Origin: Deltaproteobacteria bacterium TL4
GTDB taxonomy: Bacteria; SAR324; NAC60-12
Assembly (NCBI GenBank): GCA_051382335.1
Contig: JBBCAX010000038.1
Span: 1-58,425 of the forward strand
Length of the DNA stretch: 58,425 bases
Reading direction: 5' to 3'
Position numbers and translations under genes: made by a program. The notes beneath the pieces were generated by a model that saw nothing but the letters and a program-made list of their open reading frames with translations, ran no database searches and was not told the origin of the DNA. How positions within the stretch are numbered: position 1 is the first letter of the stretch; each line of letters begins with the position of its first letter. Shown here one piece after another: positions 9,603 to 19,147 of the stretch.

Positions 9603-10244
9603 TCAAGCTTTAATATCGAGCCCTGCTTTTTGGGGGCCTGCGCCGCTAATAGCTTCTAAGCCTCCCATGTTGTTCACCATTTCAATCACACCAAACATCA
9701 GTTGTTCATCTCCGTTATCCTGCATCATTTCAGAAAAAGAACGATGAACACTTTCGGTTGATTCCATCAACTCAGCGAATTGAGGCGTTTTCATTAAGGC
9801 AAAAGCTTTTAAATACTCATCACTGTCAGACATCAAATCTTCAAGTTCCTCTCCCAGGCCATCGATATTTTTTAGCCCCAGTTTTTTGTATTCAGGCAAC
9901 TCTTCAATTTGACGACGGGATTGAGGATTCAGTTCTCGAATTCGGTGTTGAATGGTTTTGCCCAGTTGTTTTGCGGCCTCATCTGTCAATTGAGCCCGTT
10001 TCGCAATATTTTCATAACTGGAGATGACCATAATGTAAGAGCGTCGGACCACCATGGTGTTGCTTGTGCCTGTCGTCTTTTTAATATTGTTCAACTTTGG
10101 ATCAGGAGGCAATTTTTGCTGAGTCGGTCTTTGAACCGCTTCCTCCTTGTCACTGAGTGTTTTTAATTCTGGATCAATGTCCGCTTTTTTTGGCATCTTC
10201 AGAGATGGCTGAGGTTTTAACAACGCAGAATTGGCAACTTGCAT
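9603..10244 (-). CDS. hypothetical protein
   Basis: 213-aa hydrophilic ORF with AGGGA upstream of the ATG. No recognisable motif. Confidence 0.6.
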   Translation of the reverse strand: MQVANSALLKPQPSLKMPKKADIDPELKTLSDKEEAVQRPTQQKLPPDPKLNNIKKTTGTSNTMVVRRSYIMVISSYENIAKRAQLTDEAAKQLGKTIQHRIRELNPQSRRQIEELPEYKKLGLKNIDGLGEELEDLMSDSDEYLKAFALMKTPQFAELMESTESVHRSFSEMMQDNGDEQLMFGVIEMVNNMGGLEAISGAGPQKAGLDIKA

Positions 10245-10782
10245 AGAACGTCCCTGGTTAAATGTGATAGATCCACGGTTTTTAAAGAAGCTTTTGGTCT
10301 AAAGAGGACGGGGAACTGAGAAGAGGGGGCAATTTCAATCTTCCGTCCTCATGATCCTCATCGGGTTTTATAAGAGTCAGATCCCGATTTTGAAAACACT
10401 CCGTCCCGCTCAGACGTATGGCCTTAAAAGATATACAAAAATCTGGCCAAGTCTATGAGTTGCTGTGAATCCTGTACAACACCAAGGAAAACGTTTCAAA
10501 GTCAGAACGACTTGCACTAAAGCGGTTTTAGAAAAACAGGACTTCAGCTTTTTGCTTAGAAAAACCGTTGATCAATAAGAGGGATGCTTTAAATAGCAGA
10601 ATAAACGCGGGAATAGCTGTGACACGAACGCAAAAAAGACACACTCCTTCACCTTCAGCATAAACGGACTCAGTTAGGAACATTCGGGCCTTGTGAGCAC
10701 AAGACCCCAGCGATGAAGTTCATCATCTGTCAATACCCAAACCTCCCCAATTCCTAATTGTGGAAAAAATTGATGAGCGTTA

Positions 10783-11163
10783 CTAAGGAAAAATTTTGTC
10801 TAATTTTTCACTCAAAGTTTTTGCGTCAAAGGGTTTCACAATATAGTTGTTCACTCCCGCCTTTACCGCCGCGATAATATTTTCCTGCAATGCTTCAGCT
10901 GTTACCATCAAAACGGGAAGACGTTTTAGATTGGCATCAGCCCGAATCTCTTTAAGTAACTCCATCCCTGTCATCTTAGGCATGTTCCAGTCCGTGATCA
11001 CAAAATCAATCCTCTCAGACTTAAGCTTTGCCATTGCTGTTGTCCCATCGTCCGCCTCAATGATGTTGGTAAAACCCAACTGACGCAGGATATTTTTTAC
11101 AATTCTCCGCATTGTGGAAAAATCATCAACTACCAAAATATTCATATCTTTATTCGCAGGCAT
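10783..11163 (-). CDS. cheY: chemotaxis response regulator CheY
   Basis: [44 protein letters not shown] at 11163 follows AAGGAAGG. Confidence 0.95.
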   Translation of the reverse strand: MPANKDMNILVVDDFSTMRRIVKNILRQLGFTNIIEADDGTTAMAKLKSERIDFVITDWNMPKMTGMELLKEIRADANLKRLPVLMVTAEALQENIIAAVKAGVNNYIVKPFDAKTLSEKLDKIFP

Positions 11164-11450
11164 GGATTCCTTCCTTTTTTCATAATAGTTAAAACATTCA
11201 GATCGCCACCTACTCACACTGTATGCAACAAAATACAGCGTATTTCACACTGTAAAGACAAATACATACTTACCCTTTAGCACAGCGTACTCAAACACGC
11301 AATGAAAGATTGGTCTTTTTTAAACAGGTTTCGAATGTTTGAAGTACATCGGTAATACTAATACTTACCCTTTTAGCAAACCACAACTTGAGACTCAATA
11401 TTTTTTATCAAAAATATTAATTTTTCCCTAATTTTATGTGTTTTCTCGAT

Positions 11451-12755
11451 TTATTCTAATAATTTTTGATAGACTTTGGAGTGTTTCGAGTCATAGTTCA
11501 CTCTTTTTTCTTCCGGTAATTGTTCCGGGGGAATTTCTTTAAATCCGACTCGTAAGAATACATTAGGATTATTGCTCAGAGCATACACCATTTTACAATG
11601 CACTTTTTTTGCGTGATTCATTGCCATCTGTACAAGCTGTCGGCCCACACCTTTATTTCGATGCGCATGTCGAACGGCCAAACATGCGATTTCAAGTGTT
11701 TGACTGGTCTCAAAATGAATCAACTCACAACATCCTATCAGTTCCTCGTCCATACACAGTAGCAGAAAATTATCAATATGTTGTCCAATGTATAAGGTAT
11801 CCCGACGAACCAGTGTTTTTGCGAAATCAGGTTGTCCTAATAATTCCGAGATCATGTGAACATCACTGAGTTGAGCTGCACGAAACTGAGTATAGGGACT
11901 GTTGGTAATCATGGTCCCTACCCCCTGAGTTGTTAATATTTCCGCCAATAAGGTGCCATCAACCGCACTGTCAAGAAAATGGCATCGTTCAACACCTCGC
12001 TCGCATGCTTCAATTAACGCTTGGAGGGATAACTGCAGGTCATCTTCCAGAGATGGATGTTGAGCTAACCAGGATTTCATTTCCTTCGTTGTGATTTCAT
12101 GGATCTGCATCAACCCCGTTGCTTCAGGTGGGGACGAAGCTGTCAGAATAATAAATTTCCGTACCCGAAGTCTTACGGCGATTTCCAAGGCGACTTGATT
12201 GGGGTCAACAATCCATAATCGTCCTTTTTCCCCGATTGCAAGGGGGGAAATAATAGGGAGATAATGTCGGTCTGTCGCTTCCTGAAGTGCTTTTGTATTG
12301 ATATCCCGAACAGTTCCCGTAAAATGATCCTTGGTGATATCTGAAAAAATGTGCTTTTCCGCTTGCACAAAATGACTGGAAAAGGGAAAAACGCCGCTAC
12401 CGTACCCACTCAGTTTTGTCATCAGTTCCCAATTGATCGATGCGATTGCCTGTTGGAATATGGAAAGGAGGGGTTCTTCAACAATCCAACGTTGATTTTT
12501 AATGGTGACTTCCTTTTTGTGGAAGGTTAGTAATTCTTGGATTTGAGGATTGGCGCCATGAACCAAAATGATTTTTATTCCCACCCGATGTAGCAGGACC
12601 AAATCATCAAGGATTCCAGCGAGATGGCGTTGAAGTGTATCTCCATTAAGCAAAATGACAAAGGTTTCTCCGTGATACTCTTCCAAGTAAGGTAAGGCCC
12701 CTCGGAGATTATGAATGAACTCAAGATACTCTTTTAACGATTGTTGTTGTGACAT
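11451..12755 (-). CDS. argA: amino-acid N-acetyltransferase (N-acetylglutamate synthase)
   Basis: Amino-acid-kinase-like domain (ALPYLEEYHGETFVI, ILVHGA, GVERCH..DGTLLAE...GVGTM) plus a C-terminal GNAT domain (EIACLAV..HRNKGVG). Confidence 0.88.
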   Translation of the reverse strand: MSQQQSLKEYLEFIHNLRGALPYLEEYHGETFVILLNGDTLQRHLAGILDDLVLLHRVGIKIILVHGANPQIQELLTFHKKEVTIKNQRWIVEEPLLSIFQQAIASINWELMTKLSGYGSGVFPFSSHFVQAEKHIFSDITKDHFTGTVRDINTKALQEATDRHYLPIISPLAIGEKGRLWIVDPNQVALEIAVRLRVRKFIILTASSPPEATGLMQIHEITTKEMKSWLAQHPSLEDDLQLSLQALIEACERGVERCHFLDSAVDGTLLAEILTTQGVGTMITNSPYTQFRAAQLSDVHMISELLGQPDFAKTLVRRDTLYIGQHIDNFLLLCMDEELIGCCELIHFETSQTLEIACLAVRHAHRNKGVGRQLVQMAMNHAKKVHCKMVYALSNNPNVFLRVGFKEIPPEQLPEEKRVNYDSKHSKVYQKLLE

Positions 12756-12787
12756 GAGCCTTTCCTGATAATAAAGAGAACATCCAC

Positions 12788-15007
12788 ATGGACGTGCAAA
12801 TTTCGGTTGTTATTCCCACATATAATAGCAGAGACTTACTGTCTCGCTGTCTCAAATCATTGGAGAATCAAACCGCTCCATCTTCGGTGTTTGAAGTTAT
12901 TGTGATTGATGATGGTTCCACAGACGGAACAGGGTCGATGTTGGAAAGTTTTAAACAGGGCAGTCGACTTCAACTTAAGTCCTGTTATATCGAAAACGCT
13001 GGTCCTGCGAATGCGAGGAACAAGGGGGCGTCTTTGGCCAGCAGCGAATGGATTGCTTATCTTGACGCCGATGTTTTTGCTCATCATCATTGGATCAGTC
13101 GAATTATCGAATTGATTCAACTTCATCCCCATTCAGGCGGCTTTGAAGGCAGGACAGAGGTTCCAAACCGTCATCAACTGACTTTCTTTACTCACCAGAC
13201 AGAAAACGCCTATGGTGGTCGTTATCCTACCTGTAATTTGATTATTCGCAAAATATTTTGTAGTTTTTATTATAAATATCGCATTCCTTTTCGAGAAGAC
13301 TCCGACTTGGCTTTCAGTATTTTAGAATCAGGTTTTCAAATTTACTTTGATTCTGAGTTGATTGTCTACCATCCTCCGTTACCTGCGAGTTATTTGCGTC
13401 CTATCACCTTGGCGAAACGTTATTTTTATAATGGTTTGTTACGGCGCAGATTTCCTCATCGCTATCGAAAAGAACTGGATGTCAATAAATTTTTTGGTCT
13501 TCCTGTTCCTCACTTGAAAGTTAAATTATATGGTGTTTTTATCGTTACCCAAATTCTCTTTATTGCAAGTTGGGAGATCGGCCCCTGGAATTCAAGGCTC
13601 TTATTGGGAACAGGCAGTATTTACCTGGCTTCCTACCTTTATGGATGCGTTCTAAGCATTCTAAGAACAGATCCTGCTTCCAGAAATATTCTTGATTTCT
13701 TCTCCTTTGCCTTGTTGATTCATGTGGTTCCATGGGTGCTTTATGTCTATTTAGTTTGGGGATTTATTCATTTTCGTAAGGAACCCCGCTTTTCCTGTAG
13801 TGATTGGTGGGATCAGATTGGTTTGCCTAAGGGACAGCGACCTTTCGATATTGTACTCATTTCCACTGCGGATTGGCATCATCCTTTCTGGACCAATAAA
13901 CAGCATATTGCTTCCCGGTTGGCATTACGTGGGCATCGTATTCTTTATATTGAATCCTTGGGGTTGAGAAAACTTTCGGCAACATCACAAGATTTATTGA
14001 GGATTTTCAGGCGAACAGGACTTCTCTTTCGTGGATTGCAGAATCCCCATCCTAATATTCACATCTGGTCTCCTTTGATTCTGCCTTTCCATCAATATGC
14101 GTTGATCCGTGAAATTAACTGGTTTATCTTAAAACAGGTCATTCAATGGTATTGCCATAAGCTTCAATTTCAAAATCCTATCCTCTGGTCTTATAACCCC
14201 ATCGTTACACCTTTGACTGAAAAATTTAAATTCTCTGAAATTGTGTATCATTGTGTTGACGAATTAAAAGCCGCACCCGGTATGCCTGCTGAAACGTTGG
14301 AAGTCCAGGAACAAATATTCGGAAAAAGCGCGTCCTACATCTTTGCTACTTCGCTGAACTTGTATGAAAGCAGGAAACATTGGAATCCTAATACCTATTA
14401 CCTTCCTAATCCCTGTGATTTTGATCACTTTCATCAAACCACTCAAAATATATCGATGGCTCCGGAGTTGGCGTCTATCCCCGAGCCTCGGATAGGTTTC
14501 ATTGGAGCGATGAGTCAGTACAAAGTTGATGCGACGTTGCTGCAGCAGATTTCAGAACAACGTCCTGATTGGCATCTTGTTTTAGTAGGGCAAATTGGGG
14601 AAGGAGAACCAGGTTCGCGCTTTGATGAGTTAGGGCAGCATCAAAATATTCATTTATTGGGGCCGAAACCCTATAAAGAGTTGCCACACTACTTAAAAGG
14701 ATTTCAAGTAACAATGCTGCCTTGTCCTATCAATGAGTACACCCAAAATATGTTTCCGCTCAAATTCTTTGAATACCTGGCGGCAGGATTACCTGTTGTG
14801 AGCACTGCTATCGCGGCTTTAGTGGATTATAAATCCATTTGTTACTGGTGTGAAAGTCCAGAAGAATTCATTCAGTCTATTGAAAAAGCACTGATTGATA
14901 CCGCCCATCAGTCCCCTCGAATTAAGCAAGGTATTGACCTTGCCCGGCAGAATACTTGGGACCATCGTGTCGACACGATGTTGAAAATACTCTCACACGA
15001 AACATGA
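12788..15007 (+). CDS. fused GT2 + GT4-like glycosyltransferase
   Basis: GT2 motifs SVVIPTYN, IDDGSTD, GPANARN, LDAD. TM helices follow, then a GT-B half (WTNKQHIA, YHCVDE, PLKFFEYLAAGLPVVST). Confidence 0.85.
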   Translation: MDVQISVVIPTYNSRDLLSRCLKSLENQTAPSSVFEVIVIDDGSTDGTGSMLESFKQGSRLQLKSCYIENAGPANARNKGASLASSEWIAYLDADVFAHHHWISRIIELIQLHPHSGGFEGRTEVPNRHQLTFFTHQTENAYGGRYPTCNLIIRKIFCSFYYKYRIPFREDSDLAFSILESGFQIYFDSELIVYHPPLPASYLRPITLAKRYFYNGLLRRRFPHRYRKELDVNKFFGLPVPHLKVKLYGVFIVTQILFIASWEIGPWNSRLLLGTGSIYLASYLYGCVLSILRTDPASRNILDFFSFALLIHVVPWVLYVYLVWGFIHFRKEPRFSCSDWWDQIGLPKGQRPFDIVLISTADWHHPFWTNKQHIASRLALRGHRILYIESLGLRKLSATSQDLLRIFRRTGLLFRGLQNPHPNIHIWSPLILPFHQYALIREINWFILKQVIQWYCHKLQFQNPILWSYNPIVTPLTEKFKFSEIVYHCVDELKAAPGMPAETLEVQEQIFGKSASYIFATSLNLYESRKHWNPNTYYLPNPCDFDHFHQTTQNISMAPELASIPEPRIGFIGAMSQYKVDATLLQQISEQRPDWHLVLVGQIGEGEPGSRFDELGQHQNIHLLGPKPYKELPHYLKGFQVTMLPCPINEYTQNMFPLKFFEYLAAGLPVVSTAIAALVDYKSICYWCESPEEFIQSIEKALIDTAHQSPRIKQGIDLARQNTWDHRVDTMLKILSHET

Positions 15008-15202
15008 GTGGGGAACACTCAGGATAAAAGTAAGAACTTTTCCTGATAAAGATTTTATTCTATGAGATCCTGCAACCCGTTCTTTAGCCTATCTTTGAAT
15101 TTGTAATTATATTCAAAAGCGGGTAGATTGTCCCCCTTGGTGTGTTTGTCTTATGGAATACCACTTTGAGGGCGCTATGCCTAAAGCGGGAGAGGTAAAT
15201 TC

Positions 15203-15259
15203 CGTAATCGTAATCGTGATCTTGATCCTTAAAAAATCCGCTCACACGATCACGATGAA
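15203..15259. repeat. degenerate (CGTAAT/CGTGAT)n ... (CACGAT)n inverted hexamer repeat
   Basis: cgtaatcgtaatcgtgatcttgat followed by the complementary cacgatcacgat in an intergenic region. Confidence 0.4.
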
Positions 15260-15357
15260 GATGGTGAATCTGAGAGCTTGAAAAGAAACCATTTCATCAG
15301 CACAGTCACGGCTTAGACCAGAAGCCACTTTTACTTTCACGTTTTAACCCAACGAGC

Positions 15358-16251
15358 ATGAAAACAATCATGAAAATTTCAGATATGAAAACTTATAAAA
15401 TCACAAAAGCGACACTGAATAAATTCAAAAAGACAGGTTTTACGGAACCTGTGATAGCGAGCCTCTCCAAATTAGAGGAAAAATGGTTTGACTCAATTGA
15501 AAGTTTTACGACTCAATTACAAGCTTTACCTGAGTCTGTAGAAGTCATGAACCACCAGGCGATTATCCTTAAATATTCGGGAAGTTATCTCAGACTCGAT
15601 AAGTGGATTCCCAACAAAACGATTAGGGAATGGGTTGAAGCCTTGATTTTTGCTCTGGTGGTGGCCTCATTTGTTCGTACTTTTTTATTTGCTCCCTTTA
15701 AAATCCCTTCGGGGTCCATGATCCCCACGATACAAATTGGAGATCATATTTTTGCGACCATGTATGCCTACGGGATTCCGGTTCCTTTTACGGATATCAA
15801 AATTGCCCCACAACCCATTCAACGGGGCGATATCGTTATTTTTCCCTATCCTCGTGATGAATCGATTGACTATATTAAACGGGCCATTGCTTTTGAAGGG
15901 GAAACGATACAGTTAATTGAAGACCAGGTTTACATTAATAACGAACCCTTAAAAGAAGATTATGCTTATTTTGATCCTCAACAAAGAATGAGTATGGAGC
16001 AATTCCGGAGTGTTGATCCCAGCATCCTTAACATGTCGCCTGTCAGTAATTTCGGCCCAGTCACGGTTCCTAAAGGTAAGTTGTTTGCGTTAGGTGATAA
16101 TCGTTACAATAGTGCTGATGGCAGATACTGGGGCTTTGTGGAAATCAATAAAGTTAAGGGCAAAGGGCAAATGATTTATTGGTCTCATGATCCGCGAGAA
16201 AGTCTGGTTACTGGGTATAAGTTTGAACGAATTTTAAGTTTTTTGAAATAA
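15358..16251 (+). CDS. lepB: signal peptidase I
   Basis: PFKIPSGSMIPT (catalytic Ser), DYIKR (catalytic Lys), GDNRYNSADGRYWGFV. Confidence 0.93.
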   Translation: MKTIMKISDMKTYKITKATLNKFKKTGFTEPVIASLSKLEEKWFDSIESFTTQLQALPESVEVMNHQAIILKYSGSYLRLDKWIPNKTIREWVEALIFALVVASFVRTFLFAPFKIPSGSMIPTIQIGDHIFATMYAYGIPVPFTDIKIAPQPIQRGDIVIFPYPRDESIDYIKRAIAFEGETIQLIEDQVYINNEPLKEDYAYFDPQQRMSMEQFRSVDPSILNMSPVSNFGPVTVPKGKLFALGDNRYNSADGRYWGFVEINKVKGKGQMIYWSHDPRESLVTGYKFERILSFLK

Positions 16252-16280
16252 ATCATTTCTTTCGATTTTCAGGTAGTCTT

Positions 16281-17141
16281 ATGAAAACACTTTCTCGTAA
16301 TGATTCTTGCTGGTGTGAAAGTGGGAAAAAATACAAAAGATGTCACTTAAAACATGATAGCCTCAACTCCGCACACGCCAAACCTGCGGCCTCTAAAAGA
16401 ACTATTATTAAAACAGAAGAGCAAATAGAAGGGATTCGCAAAAGCTGTCAGTTAACCAAAAGAACCTTGGATATGCTTGAAGATCGAATTCGCCCAGGTA
16501 TTACAACCAATGACATCAACGAGTGGGTTCACGATTATACCCTTCAAAATAACGCCATCCCGGCTCCCTTAAATTATCGCAATTTCCCGAAAAGTGTTTG
16601 TACTTCACTCAACCACGTTGTTTGTCATGGGATTCCTGATGATACGGTTTTAAAGGAAGGAGACATCCTCAATGTGGATGTGACTCCGATATTGAATGGG
16701 TATTATGGCGATGCAAGTCGTATGTACATTGTTGGAGAAACCACGGATGAAGCGGTTAAACTGATTAATGTGACTAAAGAATGTCTTGATCTGGGGATAC
16801 AGCAAGTGCGCCCCTATGGAACCGTAGGGGATATTGGTGCCGTGATCCAAAACCATGCGGAATCGCATGGTTACTCTGTGGTTCGAGACTTTGCGGGACA
16901 CGGCACAGGCATTGAGTTTCATGAAGAACCTCAGGTGCTTCATTATGGGAAAAAAAATACAGGCACTATCTTACTTCCGAATATGATCTTCACCATCGAA
17001 CCCATGATTAATCTTGGACGTTACGAATGTCGAATATTAGCGGATGGCTGGACTGCAGTAACCGTTGATAACTCATTATCGGCGCAATGGGAACATACCG
17101 TGCTTGTGACCAAGACGGGATTTGAAATCCTGACAATCTGA
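16281..17141 (+). CDS. map: methionine aminopeptidase type I with N-terminal SEC-C motif
   Basis: RNDSCWCESGKKYKRCH, VCHGIP, GHGTG..FHEEP, FTIEPM, SAQWEHT. Confidence 0.95.
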   Translation: MKTLSRNDSCWCESGKKYKRCHLKHDSLNSAHAKPAASKRTIIKTEEQIEGIRKSCQLTKRTLDMLEDRIRPGITTNDINEWVHDYTLQNNAIPAPLNYRNFPKSVCTSLNHVVCHGIPDDTVLKEGDILNVDVTPILNGYYGDASRMYIVGETTDEAVKLINVTKECLDLGIQQVRPYGTVGDIGAVIQNHAESHGYSVVRDFAGHGTGIEFHEEPQVLHYGKKNTGTILLPNMIFTIEPMINLGRYECRILADGWTAVTVDNSLSAQWEHTVLVTKTGFEILTI

Positions 17142-17155
17142 ACGGTCCTGCCTGT

Positions 17156-18928
17156 TTAAGCTGTCTTTTCTGGCGCACTTTGTGAGCTTTGTGTTGCCTG
17201 ACAATGAGGTAGTGCTGCGGATAAATACTGTCCTAGCGTCTCCACAACTCTTCGTTCCACAGAACCCGGGGGAAAATGATGGGGGTTCCCTGAGACTACG
17301 AAGACCCCGGACACATTGTCTTCGGATATTAATGGCAGGCACAACAGGGAAGAACGCTCTGTCGGAGGGGGAAAAATAGGATATTCACGATCCACCATGC
17401 TGTCCGATATGTATAAATACGATTTGTTTGTTGCCGCTTTTCCAATCGCGCCTTCTCCGAATTTGATCACTTTGCCAGGTTTTCGACTACCAAATGCCGG
17501 TAATGTGTGGAACCAAAGGAGTTGATTTTCTTCAACAAGGTATAAGGTTACTCGAGAGATACCAACTTGGGTTTGTAAGTCTTTGGGAATGGCATGGAGT
17601 AATTTATGCGCATCTTTGGCGTTGACGATATCTACGCCTATCTGATTCAGTTGATGAAGCATGTCAATGTACTTTTGACACGAGTCATTGATTGCGGATA
17701 ACTCCTGAATTTGTTTTTTGTTTTCAATGAAGGCCTCCGCAAATTGGCGACTAATCACCCACAAAATACTTAAAGTCGCAATAAGTGTCCCTGTAAAGAG
17801 CATACCCGCCGACTGAATAAAGCCAAACGCTAACAGCGCGTCATGAAGGGCAATTAGAAAAAACAGCCCTTCCCCGATCAGTAATATGAACTTGTCATGG
17901 TTATTGGCTTCTTCATTAAAAAGGCCTCTGACCAGAATATAATTAGTGTGAAAGGCAATAAGTAACGAATAAAGGAATAATAAGCTTCTTAATTTCTGAT
18001 ATAAATCAAAGTGGAAATCAAAGGCCAGGTAACAATAGCCAAGGGTGATTGCGAGAATACTGAGACCATTGATCCAATTGAGTTGAGGATAAGATTTGTA
18101 AAAATGTTGTGCTACAAGGTTATGTAAAAAGGCTGTCGCTCCTATCCCTATGTAATGTAGCATGAACAATTGATCGGGTGGAAAAAGGGTAATGAAGCTA
18201 TCGGTAGGAAAGGCGTTGAAAGGATAAACGACTATTCCGGTAAGTCCCGCAATCCAATAAAAGGAATAACGAGTTTTGACGTAGATCATGCAGAAAAATA
18301 ATCCAAAAAACAACACCACATGAGCAATGATTTCTCTCAAGTCCCCTCCCCAGAATTGATACAACGCAACCTCCAGATCCCGTTCTTTATATTCTCGTAA
18401 TTCAAAGGGGAGTTGATATATTCCGGTCATCAACACGGTTTGGATCCGAAAGGCCAGCAGATGTTGGGTTTGCGTGATTTTGAATCGAATAGGAATAGGC
18501 TGAACGGAATGATATTGTTCATGACTGGTTTGCCCCAGTCGTTGATAAATGTTATTTCCATCAAGAAAAACGGTGACAGGAGACATGTAAGTATCCAACA
18601 ACAATAAGACCTCTTTTCCGATCAATTGAGGCGAAAAATCCAATACGCCGCGGTACCAACCCACCTTAAAATTATTTCCATCAGGGTATATGTTTTTCCA
18701 GGAGCCTGGCGTTTTTACCATTTTCCAATAACTGAGATCTATGGAAAGGTCTTTGTTTCTTTCCTGATCTTCACGAGTAAATAACCAGTTTCCCATCAGA
18801 CTGAAAGGCCGATCGAGATTTTCAATTTTGAATTGGCAGGAATCACAAGGAGTTGGCATCGCCTGAATCACTCCGCCTCCGGAGCAAATAACGATTGCAA
18901 TGATTATCCATCTTAGCGTAATGTGCAT
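17156..18928 (-). CDS. 7TM-DISM-type membrane sensor with extracellular sugar-binding-like domain and a GAF domain
   Basis: Signal peptide, beta-rich domain (LMGNWLF, PGSW, GWYR), ~7 TM helices, GAF (GEGAIGKAA...SLLCLPLI...GVFVV). Confidence 0.7.
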   Translation of the reverse strand: MHITLRWIIIAIVICSGGGVIQAMPTPCDSCQFKIENLDRPFSLMGNWLFTREDQERNKDLSIDLSYWKMVKTPGSWKNIYPDGNNFKVGWYRGVLDFSPQLIGKEVLLLLDTYMSPVTVFLDGNNIYQRLGQTSHEQYHSVQPIPIRFKITQTQHLLAFRIQTVLMTGIYQLPFELREYKERDLEVALYQFWGGDLREIIAHVVLFFGLFFCMIYVKTRYSFYWIAGLTGIVVYPFNAFPTDSFITLFPPDQLFMLHYIGIGATAFLHNLVAQHFYKSYPQLNWINGLSILAITLGYCYLAFDFHFDLYQKLRSLLFLYSLLIAFHTNYILVRGLFNEEANNHDKFILLIGEGLFFLIALHDALLAFGFIQSAGMLFTGTLIATLSILWVISRQFAEAFIENKKQIQELSAINDSCQKYIDMLHQLNQIGVDIVNAKDAHKLLHAIPKDLQTQVGISRVTLYLVEENQLLWFHTLPAFGSRKPGKVIKFGEGAIGKAATNKSYLYISDSMVDREYPIFPPPTERSSLLCLPLISEDNVSGVFVVSGNPHHFPPGSVERRVVETLGQYLSAALPHCQATQSSQSAPEKTA

Positions 18929-19147
18929 GTTTTTATCCTTAACCTAAATTTGAATAAGTTTTTGAAGTTACTTGAGGCTTTTCTTTTCTTTTTATAAAGA
19001 AGTATCACAAAACACAAGAGGTCACATCACATAATGGAAAGCTCTTAGCTTTCACAATTATCTTGAGAAATTGCCCATTTTTCCTATGGTGTCTGCACCT
19101 GTAACCTGTCAAGCACACCCAAAAAAATGAATCTACTGGAGCTATAA

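Noticed and set aside
10245..10782. Long intergenic region after cheY with small hairpins (GGGCCTTGTGAGCACAAGACCC)
   Set aside because: No recognisable ncRNA family or convincing ORF. An sRNA cannot be excluded but is unsupported.
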